From positions 1 through 31,754 of the forward strand of contig JANOAV010000113.1 of the NCBI GenBank assembly GCA_031411295.1: 31,754 nt of DNA, given 5' to 3'. Of this stretch, positions 18,877-26,156 are shown one piece after another (positions within the stretch are counted from its first letter, which is position 1; each line of letters starts with the position of its first letter). The notes under the pieces were generated by a model, which was given only the letters and a program-made list of their open reading frames with translations, did no database searches and had not been told where the DNA came from. The DNA comes from Verrucomicrobiales bacterium. GTDB lineage: Bacteria > Verrucomicrobiota > Verrucomicrobiia > Verrucomicrobiales > V1-33. Made by a program: the position numbers and the translations under genes.

Positions 18877-18939
18877 GCCGAACTTGTTGATCACCGACAG
18901 AAGTGTCGATTTTTGCCGAGCTTCTCTATAGGCGACAGA
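18877..18939 (-). mobile_element. attI-like site, internal copy
   Basis: 63-bp direct repeat of 20814-20876 (3 mismatches); minus strand ends ...cgacacttctgtcggtgatcAACaaGTTCGGC. Confidence 0.6.
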
Positions 18940-18981
18940 TCAGACGGTCTTTGTGGCTATGACCAGAATTGCAGCAGGTTA

Positions 18982-19134
18982 CTATTCTTTGATCATGTGA
19001 CCGCACTTGTTGCATTTCCAATAGTTCTCCCCGTTTGGGCCACCATGATCCCAGTGGAAGAACCCGTTGCCGCAATTGGGACATTTGGTTGGTTTAGCGA
19101 AATAAACAAATTTAGTGAATAGGAATGCTCTCAT
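18982..19134 (-). CDS. 50-aa zinc-ribbon microprotein
   Basis: Manual translation MRAFLFTKFVYFAKPTKCPNCGNGFFHWDHGGPNGENYWKCNKCGHMIKE*; CPNC...CNKC knuckles. Not in the ORF track. Confidence 0.75.
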   Translation of the reverse strand: MRAFLFTKFVYFAKPTKCPNCGNGFFHWDHGGPNGENYWKCNKCGHMIKE

Positions 19135-19180
19135 TGGATTTCGGTGTATCTGGTTTGATTGTTTGTTTTAGTGGGTGAGC

Positions 19181-19357
19181 TCATGGATTGAAACCGACAC
19201 TGACTTGGCCAGTGCCATCACAGGAAAAACAGGGGCGCTTTCCCTTGCCTTTGCAGATAACACATGTTTTGCTGGCGATGCCTTTTTCAACACATGTGCA
19301 AGTTTCTATTTGGAGGCTATTGGCGCCTTTACACTTCGGACAGATGGCTTTTGACAT
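19181..19357 (-). CDS. Stand-alone DnaJ-type zinc-finger microprotein (ZF2, 58 aa)
   Basis: Manual translation MSKAICPKCKGANSLQIETCTCVEKGIASKTCVICKGKGKRPCFSCDGTGQVSVGFNP*; 8 Cys; starts 12 nt after the J-domain gene stop. Not in the ORF track. Confidence 0.8.
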   Translation of the reverse strand: MSKAICPKCKGANSLQIETCTCVEKGIASKTCVICKGKGKRPCFSCDGTGQVSVGFNP

Positions 19358-19369
19358 AATGGAGATTGA

Positions 19370-20332
19370 TTAGGTGGTCACTTCCATTAGTTCAGTGTAG
19401 AGATGGGACAGATGCAGCAGCTCCTCCTCATCCATCTCCGCTGGAGGCTTGTTCAGCAATTCTTCTACATACCAGTCGCTAGCTCCTGCGTAGTAGCGGA
19501 CGTCTTGGGTTACTACCCCCACGACTTTGTCTCCGATTATCATTTTGGCTATTTGGTAGAGAGGCCAAATAATAAACCATTTGATCACCTTGGCAAACAG
19601 GGTAGGGACGCCTACCAGGAGGTTGCGCAGTCCTGGTTCAGGGTGATCTTCAGGCGGCGCTACGAAACGATATATCTTCAATCCAAAGTTGACGCAGCCT
19701 ACCATGAAATTGCTCATCCATGAGGGCAACCAGAACCGGGATAGCGGGGCTACCGATAGCACGCATGCGAGAAAATATACTATTGATATAGGCCCAACTA
19801 TCATAACGAGCGGTGGTGCAACCGCTGCACTGAGTCCGGTGGCCACCATCATAAACAGGCCGCCAAAGACCAAAGCTATCATTCCCAGCAGAGCAATATC
19901 ATCTTTTAAATCCTCATTCAGGAGATCACGCAATTTGAACCCATCGCTGAGCTGAACTTTTTCGGTTGTCATTTTGTAGCTAGTGGACTTCACCTTCTGC
20001 CAGATGCTCTTTAACTTGGTCTGAATGTCGGGTGCGTTTTCTCGGAGAACGTCACTGACCTCCCTATCATCCATGCTGGACGCTGCCGTGAATGCATCTC
20101 CCGCTTGGTAAGCCCCGGACAGATACTGCTCTATCATTTGACCAGCGGGCTCCAGCATCTGAAATGCCTCTGTGTGCGACGAGGTCAGTGCAGGGTCTCG
20201 CTGATGGGCGACACGATCCGGATGCCAACGGCGTCTGGCCTTCTTGAGAATGCCCGGCAAATCGCCAGCATTCACAGATTTGATGTCAGTAATCTCGAGC
20301 AGTTCGATTGCTCTATCAAATGTTAGTTCCAT
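19370..20332 (-). CDS. J-domain (HPD) membrane protein
   Basis: N-terminal AIELLEI...ILKKARRRWHPDR...EAFQML J-domain pattern; 3-4 hydrophobic segments in the C-terminal half; no G/F region or zinc finger. Confidence 0.8.
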   Translation of the reverse strand: MELTFDRAIELLEITDIKSVNAGDLPGILKKARRRWHPDRVAHQRDPALTSSHTEAFQMLEPAGQMIEQYLSGAYQAGDAFTAASSMDDREVSDVLRENAPDIQTKLKSIWQKVKSTSYKMTTEKVQLSDGFKLRDLLNEDLKDDIALLGMIALVFGGLFMMVATGLSAAVAPPLVMIVGPISIVYFLACVLSVAPLSRFWLPSWMSNFMVGCVNFGLKIYRFVAPPEDHPEPGLRNLLVGVPTLFAKVIKWFIIWPLYQIAKMIIGDKVVGVVTQDVRYYAGASDWYVEELLNKPPAEMDEEELLHLSHLYTELMEVTT

Positions 20333-20380
20333 ATTCTTTTTTCGGGTGGGTCAGTGGCTCTGATACTAATGAAATGTTTG

Positions 20381-20554
20381 CTAATCATCATCCACCTTTC
20401 CGTCTCCATCGCATTCATAGCATTCCTTTTCTCCCTTGCCATTGCAATAGGTGCATGGGCCAGTTTTGGCGTAATTTTTCCCAGATCCGTTACAATGCCC
20501 GCACTCGATTTCGCCAGTTCCATTACAACGTAAACACTTCTTTTTTTTGGCCAT
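20381..20554 (-). CDS. Stand-alone DnaJ-type zinc-finger microprotein (ZF1, 57 aa)
   Basis: Manual translation MAKKKKCLRCNGTGEIECGHCNGSGKNYAKTGPCTYCNGKGEKECYECDGDGKVDDD*; four perfect CxxCxGxG repeats. Not in the ORF track. Confidence 0.9.
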   Translation of the reverse strand: MAKKKKCLRCNGTGEIECGHCNGSGKNYAKTGPCTYCNGKGEKECYECDGDGKVDDD

Positions 20555-20592
20555 AATAATCTTTTTTTGGTTGTTACAGGGGATTGTGGAGA

Positions 20593-20772
20593 CTATTTAC
20601 GGTCCTTTTCGTTGGATTTAACAATTTCGAGAAGTGCCTTGAGTCCTTTGATCGCGATCTTCTGTTTTTCCTCGCTGGCGCTGTCTCCTCGGGATTGGGC
20701 TTCGTCGCGAAGACCAACAGCGGTTGTAATCTGTCCAAGAAGTGATTTTTTTTCTTTAGCGTAATCGGCCAT
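20593..20772 (-). CDS. 59-aa helical-hairpin microprotein
   Basis: Manual translation MADYAKEKKSLLGQITTAVGLRDEAQSRGDSASEEKQKIAIKGLKALLEIVKSNEKDRK*; first ORF after the attI-like core, same attATG context as its neighbours. Not in the ORF track. Confidence 0.65.
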   Translation of the reverse strand: MADYAKEKKSLLGQITTAVGLRDEAQSRGDSASEEKQKIAIKGLKALLEIVKSNEKDRK

Positions 20773-20813
20773 AATAGTGGTGTTTTGGGATGTTTATTGG
20801 GATGTGGTGTGTT

Positions 20814-20890
20814 GCCGAACTAGTTGATCACCGACAGAAGTGTCGTTTTTTGCCGAGCTTCTTTATAGGCGACAGAGTTGTCGGTTTTCG
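20814..20890 (-). mobile_element. attI-like site, array-proximal copy
   Basis: Minus strand aaaaccgacaactctgtcg...aaaaacgacacttctgtcggtgatcAACtaGTTCGGC: two CGACA-N3/4-TGTCG dyads in direct repeat ahead of an AAC-N2-GTT core. The composition changes at the GTT. Confidence 0.6.
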
Positions 20891-21069
20891 CGCAGGGTAG
20901 TGATTTCATGGCGGAATTTAGGTGGGATTTAGCCGCAGCTGCGCGTGTTAGTCAATGTATTTGCAGGTTTACGCTCAAATGCGCGTGAATTCCTGCGGAT
21001 GATGACAACGGAAAAACGGCGGGCGCGAGGGGCGGCATGAAGGGGGGGAAACGGGCGTTGGGAGCAAGG

Positions 21070-21804
21070 TTAGGGAACGCGTTTACACGCCGGGTCACAC
21101 CAGCCGGATTTGCCGCGGGCGTTGCAGGCGCGGAGTTGGATCCAGACTTTTTGGCCGGAGGGGAGGTTGGTGAGTTCGAAGCGGGATTTCTTGCTGGTGT
21201 CGGCAAATTGCCAGGTGGTGGCGGGGAGGAGGGGATCGGAGGTGGTGTAGCGGATTTCGTAAAATTCGACGATGCCGCGTTGGCCGTTGCAGTGGCCGGT
21301 GAGTTCTCCGTCTTCGTCTCCCATGCTGAGTTCCAGGCCGGTGGGGGTATTGGGGATGGGTTTGGGGGCGGGCTTTTCTTTGACGCGCATCTGGGCGGAG
21401 TTCACTTGGGCCTCGGTGGTGGCTAGTTTGCCTACGTCGGTGGCTAGTTCGTTGATGGCTGCGATGACGGCGTCTTCTCCGAGGTCCCGGGCATCGGTGG
21501 CGTTGCCGAAGGCGGTGCGGACGGTGGCCAGGGCGGTCTGGAGGGCTTCCAGCGCGGTGATGAGGTCGTCCAGGGCGGTGAGTTTGGGGCTCAGGGTGGC
21601 AAAGACGGGTTCTCCTGCGATGCCGCTACGGATGGCTTTGGCGCGGAGCACGAGGTCCGGCACGGAGAGGTCACTAAGATCTAAAACAACGTCAAACATG
21701 GCTGTGGTTAGTTGAGAGTTTAGTATTTCCTGAACGCTCCGTGGGTCGTCATAGTGGAATAATGGGTTATCCCAAGTTAAGCCTATTTCTCCCCAGCGTG
21801 GCAT
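21070..21804 (-). CDS. Helical N-domain + fibronectin type III domain protein
   Basis: C-terminal PTGLEL...GDEDGEL...YEIRY...LTNLPSGQKVWIQLRACNARGKSGW. Start uncertain (21804 MPRWGE or 21699 MFDVV). Confidence 0.78.
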   Translation of the reverse strand: MPRWGEIGLTWDNPLFHYDDPRSVQEILNSQLTTAMFDVVLDLSDLSVPDLVLRAKAIRSGIAGEPVFATLSPKLTALDDLITALEALQTALATVRTAFGNATDARDLGEDAVIAAINELATDVGKLATTEAQVNSAQMRVKEKPAPKPIPNTPTGLELSMGDEDGELTGHCNGQRGIVEFYEIRYTTSDPLLPATTWQFADTSKKSRFELTNLPSGQKVWIQLRACNARGKSGWCDPACKRVP

Positions 21805-21924
21805 TGTAGAGTTTATTTTAAAAATTGAACACGGCCACTGTGCGGATAACCAGAAATAAGTCAAGATTATTTTAGGAAATGGCTAAATTTGCCGACGGAG
21901 GCGGGGTTTATTTATAATTTGCTT

Positions 21925-22155
21925 CGGAAGCCTTATGGAGATTTAGAGTCTGGGTATGCGGATTCGTCGAATCTGCATACCGATGGGTCGGTTCCGTATA
22001 CCGCTGGGTCGGTTCCGTATACCGTTTCGGGGTATCTGTTGGTTGATTCCCTGAATCTGCATGCGGATTCGTGGCGGCCTGATGAAGATGGGGCGGATCT
22101 TGCTGGCGTTTGGGGGGATCCTTTTACAGTTTCGCTGGCCCCGCATAAAGCATGG
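21925..22155. repeat. Degenerate 21-nt tandem array (~11 units)
   Basis: Ungapped 21-mers, e.g. tcgaatctgcataccgatggg / tcggttccgtataccgctggg / tcggttccgtataccgtttcg / ctgaatctgcatgcggattcg / ggggatccttttacagtttcg. Confidence 0.75.
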
Positions 22156-22268
22156 GAGCTGCGGTATCGCTAGCTGTGTAAATGCGTTGGAGAATTTGCG
22201 TGCCTTTAGCAAGGAGGTTTACTATAGTGGGAGCCACTTTGGTTCCAGATTTAACTTTCGATATTCCC

Positions 22269-22982
22269 ATGCTTTCCCGATTTCCAATTCAGTCCCACGT
22301 TGTCAGTGCTTTACGCCGTTTGCTTTGCCTTGCCGTGATGGTGCTACCGGTGCATTTCGCTCCAGCGCAAACGGTGGCGCAGGTGGAGAGTTTACAAGAA
22401 CAGGGGGTGAAGGAATTCTTTGCGGGGCATATTAAGGAATCGGTGGCGTTATGGGATAGGTATTTGGAGAAGCATCCGGAGCAGGGGCCGTATCATTGGC
22501 AGCGGGGGATTGCGTTGTATTATGCAGAGAAGTTTGCGGAGGGGCGGGCGCAGTTTGAATCGCATGTGAAGGTGAATCCGCAGGATGTGGAGAATTCGGT
22601 GTGGCACTTCTTGTGTGTCGCGCGGCAGGAAAATGTGGCGGCGGCCCGGCAGGCGCTGTTGCCGGTGGATCAGGATTTGCGGGTGCCAATGCGGGAGGTG
22701 CTGAATTTGTTCGCGGAGAAGGGGACGACAGCGGAGGTGCTGGCGGCGGCGGAGGCGGTGCCGGAGGGTCGGCGGCGGGACGCGTTGTGCTTCGCCCATT
22801 TATATCTGGGGTTGTATGAGGAGGCGCTGGGGCACGCGGAGTCGGCCAAGGCGCATTTGGTGAAATCGGCGGTGGACTATGCGATGCCGCATTACATGGG
22901 ACAGGTGGCCCGGGTGCATTGTGAATTGCGAGGGTGGCTGCCGGTGAAAAAAGCTGTAGAGGTGGAGAAAAAGGGGGAATAG
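22269..22982 (+). CDS. Exported TPR (NlpI-like) protein
   Basis: Signal-like N-terminus; WQRGIALYYAEKFAEGRAQF, NPQDVENSVWHFLC, FAHLYLGLYEEA. Start uncertain. Confidence 0.8.
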   Translation: MLSRFPIQSHVVSALRRLLCLAVMVLPVHFAPAQTVAQVESLQEQGVKEFFAGHIKESVALWDRYLEKHPEQGPYHWQRGIALYYAEKFAEGRAQFESHVKVNPQDVENSVWHFLCVARQENVAAARQALLPVDQDLRVPMREVLNLFAEKGTTAEVLAAAEAVPEGRRRDALCFAHLYLGLYEEALGHAESAKAHLVKSAVDYAMPHYMGQVARVHCELRGWLPVKKAVEVEKKGE

Positions 22983-23067
22983 CTGTAAACTTGATCGTTT
23001 GATTTTCTTAATGTCTGAGATATCGAATCGCTTGACGCATTTTCCAACCGCTCCTAATTTCCACTCC

Positions 23068-24384
23068 ATGAGAAATTCTTCCGTTCGCCTTGTTCTTGTT
23101 ACTGGAACCGCATTGATCCTACAGGCTAGTCCCGCCAACGCCTTTCCGTGGCCATTCGGGAAGAAAGCCCCTGCGGCGGCTCCCTCCGCTGGCGAACTCC
23201 AATCGCAGGACGCGGTGGCGGGCGAGTTGTTACAACGGGCGCAGACCGCGCAGAATGCAGGCAAGACCTCTGCCGCGAACTCGCTTTACAAGCAAATTGT
23301 CAACAAATACCCGCTGACGAGCAGCGCGGCCAATGCGCAGTTTTTCTATGCCAAAAATTTCGAGGAGAGCGACCCGCAGAAATCCTACGAGGAATTCCAA
23401 ACGCTGATCGATACCTACAAGGCCAGCCCTTACTTCAGCCAGGCGCTGGATAGCCAGTTCAGAATCGCCCAGCGCTCGCGCACGGACAAGCTGGGATCTT
23501 TCCTGGGATTGAAGAAGAAGCTGGGTCGGGAGGACACGATCAAACTATTCAAGGGGGTGGTGCAAAATGCGCCGCAAGGGAAGAATTCCGCTGAGGCCAA
23601 ATTTGAAATCGGCCTGATTCATGAGGAATCCGATGAGCGTTCTGAGGCGATTGGGGCCTTCCAGGATGTAGTGGACCAATACCCTCGCAGTCCCTTTGCC
23701 GCGCAGGCGCAAAAGAAGATTGCGGAGCTGAATTTCGGGAAGGTGGCCCAGGGGACCAAGGATGCCGGGGTGCTGAAGGATTCGCGTGATGCGGCCGTGC
23801 AATCCGTGAGTCTGTTTCCAACGGAGGAAGGTCGCGACCTCTTGCCGCAGATCGATGAGAAAGAAGCCGAGAACGCTTTTAAAATTGCTAAATTTTACGA
23901 ACGCACGAAGAACTTCAAAGCTGCGATTATTTACTATAACAACGTTTTGAAATTCCCCGGCGGGTCGAATTTCGATGCCGCCAAAGAGCGCGTCAATGAA
24001 CTGACCACGAACGATCCCACGCTCTTGGATCAGGCCAACGTTAAGATCTCCAACAAGCAACTGGCCCTGCGCGCGGAGGCCGACGTGAAGAGCCGTCCGG
24101 ACTATCTGGGGCCACCTGCTCCGGTGGATCTGGACAAGGGAACGAAGAAGCCCAAGATGCGCTCTGGGATCTCTGACGCCAGCTTGATGGCTTTGCCGAT
24201 TGATGAGCCGGCCTTGCCTGGGGATAAACCTACCGGTAAGCCAGACGATTCCTTGCTGAAGCCCGGTGCTTCGGACTTGGCGCTGCCCCCCGTGGCTCCG
24301 TTGGCCGAGCCAGCCCTGCCCACGCCAGCTCCAGTGCCTGAGCCTACCCCGACTCCTGAAGCTCCCGCTGCGGAGAAAAAATAA
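23068..24384 (+). CDS. bamD: Outer membrane protein assembly factor BamD-like TPR protein
   Basis: Signal peptide, TPR repeats (YPxS motifs), AENAFKIAKFYER..NFKAAIIYY, Pro-rich tail; directly upstream of lptE. Confidence 0.82.
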   Translation: MRNSSVRLVLVTGTALILQASPANAFPWPFGKKAPAAAPSAGELQSQDAVAGELLQRAQTAQNAGKTSAANSLYKQIVNKYPLTSSAANAQFFYAKNFEESDPQKSYEEFQTLIDTYKASPYFSQALDSQFRIAQRSRTDKLGSFLGLKKKLGREDTIKLFKGVVQNAPQGKNSAEAKFEIGLIHEESDERSEAIGAFQDVVDQYPRSPFAAQAQKKIAELNFGKVAQGTKDAGVLKDSRDAAVQSVSLFPTEEGRDLLPQIDEKEAENAFKIAKFYERTKNFKAAIIYYNNVLKFPGGSNFDAAKERVNELTTNDPTLLDQANVKISNKQLALRAEADVKSRPDYLGPPAPVDLDKGTKKPKMRSGISDASLMALPIDEPALPGDKPTGKPDDSLLKPGASDLALPPVAPLAEPALPTPAPVPEPTPTPEAPAAEKK

Positions 24385-24432
24385 TTTCGTATTGCCTTCC
24401 TCCATCCCGTTGACCAATTGCCCCATTTTCGC

Positions 24433-24954
24433 ATGACCATTACCCGCACCTTGAAATCCCTGGCCGCCGTGGCTCTCGCTTGTGTCTCCAGTTCCTGTGC
24501 TGGCTATCGCATGGGGGCGGACAAGCCCACGAAGATGGCCAATGTGTCCTCGCTGGCGATTCCGGTCTTCAAGAACCAGAGTTTGGAGCCCCGGTCCTCC
24601 GTGTTGGTGACGAACAACGTGATCAAGCAGTTCCAGAATGACGCGACTTATAAGATTACGGATTCAGCCAGTGCCGACGCGATTCTGAAAGGAACCATTT
24701 TACGCTTCGAGCGTCGGCAACTGCGTGGGGTGCGCACGAATGTGCTCAAATCCCGGGAATTGGAAATTCGGGTTTGGATCGAATACACCGTGGAAGATAG
24801 TAAGACCGCAGCGGTGCTCATGAAAGGCACCGCGCAAGGCAGCACTTCTGTGTTTCTGGATGCCAAGTTCCAGAACACCGAGCGGCAAGCGATAGACGAA
24901 GCTTCCCGGAAGGCTGCCCAAGAAATCTTCTCCCGCGTGGCCGAAGGCTGGTAG
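24433..24954 (+). CDS. lptE: LPS assembly lipoprotein LptE-like
   Basis: Lipobox SSC-AGY, SLAIPVFKN, ADAILKGTI, C-terminal helix ending EGW. Confidence 0.8.
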   Translation: MTITRTLKSLAAVALACVSSSCAGYRMGADKPTKMANVSSLAIPVFKNQSLEPRSSVLVTNNVIKQFQNDATYKITDSASADAILKGTILRFERRQLRGVRTNVLKSRELEIRVWIEYTVEDSKTAAVLMKGTAQGSTSVFLDAKFQNTERQAIDEASRKAAQEIFSRVAEGW

Positions 24955-24957
24955 AGA

Positions 24958-25701
24958 TTACCCTGCGATTTCGCGGATCATTTGCATTTCTTCGGCAAAC
25001 TCGGCTTCGGTCTCGACCGTAGCCGCCACCAAATCCGCAATACATTGGCCGAATTCCTTACGAAATCGACTCCGAGCCATGCGGAAGGCAGGTAACGTCA
25101 TTTTTAACTCTGCTGCGGCCGCGATGGCGCCACCTTCGTCCTCGTGGGCACTGAGAAATGGCACCAACTGGGCGAAGAGCTGCCCTTTATTTCGCTGTAA
25201 ATAAACTTGCTGGATGCGTTCGTGCGCCTCCTTCAGGGTCGCAATCGCCCACGCGCGCTGTAGTTCCAAGTCGGGGGTTCTACGATCGGTTACGGATGCG
25301 CTCACCTCAGCGGACGTCAGGGGCACCTGCTGGTTCTTGCCGCCCCGTTTCTGGGTGTGAATTTTCTGGAGGTAATTGCGGACATAATTGTCGAGGTGGG
25401 CGAGGAGGAAGTTGCGGAAGCGACCTTTGTCTTGGCGGGACTTTTCCAAGCATCCACTGTCCAAGAGCCAGGCGACGAAGCTTTGCGCCAAATCCTCCGC
25501 ATCGTGATGGGTAAACCCATGCTTCTGCCGCAAGGAGAGATTGATCACCGGCCAGTAGATGCGGCAAAACTCATCGCGAGATTTAATGCACCCAGCTCCA
25601 TTGGGTTCATCCCCCCCGGACGGGAAGGCGCGATGCACCATGGACCAGTGAGTCGGTGGAGCAGGGATGGGAAGTGAATTATGGGGAGGGCGGGAGTTCA
25701 T
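24958..25701 (-). CDS. ECF sigma-70 factor, PVC type
   Basis: THWSMV N-terminal motif, FCRIYWP, DAEDLAQSF, KGRFRNFL, KRGG, region-4 HTH AAAAELKMT. Start placed at MNSRPP. Confidence 0.85.
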   Translation of the reverse strand: MNSRPPHNSLPIPAPPTHWSMVHRAFPSGGDEPNGAGCIKSRDEFCRIYWPVINLSLRQKHGFTHHDAEDLAQSFVAWLLDSGCLEKSRQDKGRFRNFLLAHLDNYVRNYLQKIHTQKRGGKNQQVPLTSAEVSASVTDRRTPDLELQRAWAIATLKEAHERIQQVYLQRNKGQLFAQLVPFLSAHEDEGGAIAAAAELKMTLPAFRMARSRFRKEFGQCIADLVAATVETEAEFAEEMQMIREIAG

Positions 25702-25858
25702 GCCGTGACGGTGGGGCGTAGCCGAAGGTTTCAGCTCGCCCCCAGAATGCCCCAAGATTTGCGGTTCGGTAGAGCTTTTTTTGGAATTTTTTGTGTGAAG
25801 TTGTGATCCCAGCGGACGATTCCACCTGAATACTATGGGAGCCGATGCTTTCAGCGGG

Positions 25859-25876
25859 GGTGTCGCACGCGACACC
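25859..25876. promoter_or_regulatory. Perfect palindrome between divergent ECF and kinase genes
   Basis: GGTGTCGC-ac-GCGACACC. Confidence 0.35.
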
Positions 25877-26156
25877 TTGACCCGTTGAGGGCATGTGCAT
25901 TCCCCGCCCAGCATCCGTTCCGATTGGAATAGATGCGCCTTGAGCGGTAAGGAGGACGTTCATCTGTTCCCCGCTGCCACCGCTCAAGATGCTAGGAGCG
26001 GCCGTGTTCAAGGTGTCATATTCCCCTTAACTTGGACACGGCTCGCTCGCTAGTTTGGGGAGAGGAAAGAAAACTCTTGGGAAGAGATCTCCTTGGGGAA
26101 TACTCGCGACGGAAAGAAGTTTCCTGTCAGCGCACCTGTGCTTAAGTGTTCAAATT

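Noticed and set aside
18688..18894. ORF-track 68-aa minus ORF
   Set aside because: Starts at a GTG inside the attI-like repeat; the ATG frame 18710..18850 fits the cassette boundary better.
20323..20523. ORF-track 66-aa minus ORF
   Set aside because: Alternative-frame shadow of ZF1 (20381..20554), which has four perfect CxxCxGxG motifs.
18877..20876. 63-bp repeat as a CRISPR array
   Set aside because: Only two copies, 1.9 kb apart with genes between them; no cas genes.
20890..21069. intI gene or strong Pc promoter next to the attI-like site
   Set aside because: No integrase-like frame. A minus-strand TTGACT (20955-20950) exists, but the matching -10 is poor.
21925..22176. 21-nt array as CRISPR or as a confident CDS (21889..22173 +, 21943..22212 -)
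   Set aside because: Units are contiguous with no spacers; open frames on both strands are expected from the periodicity alone.
25679..26011. 110-aa minus ORF upstream of the ECF gene
   Set aside because: No recognisable features; overlaps the likely divergent promoter region. Cannot be supported, though not excluded.
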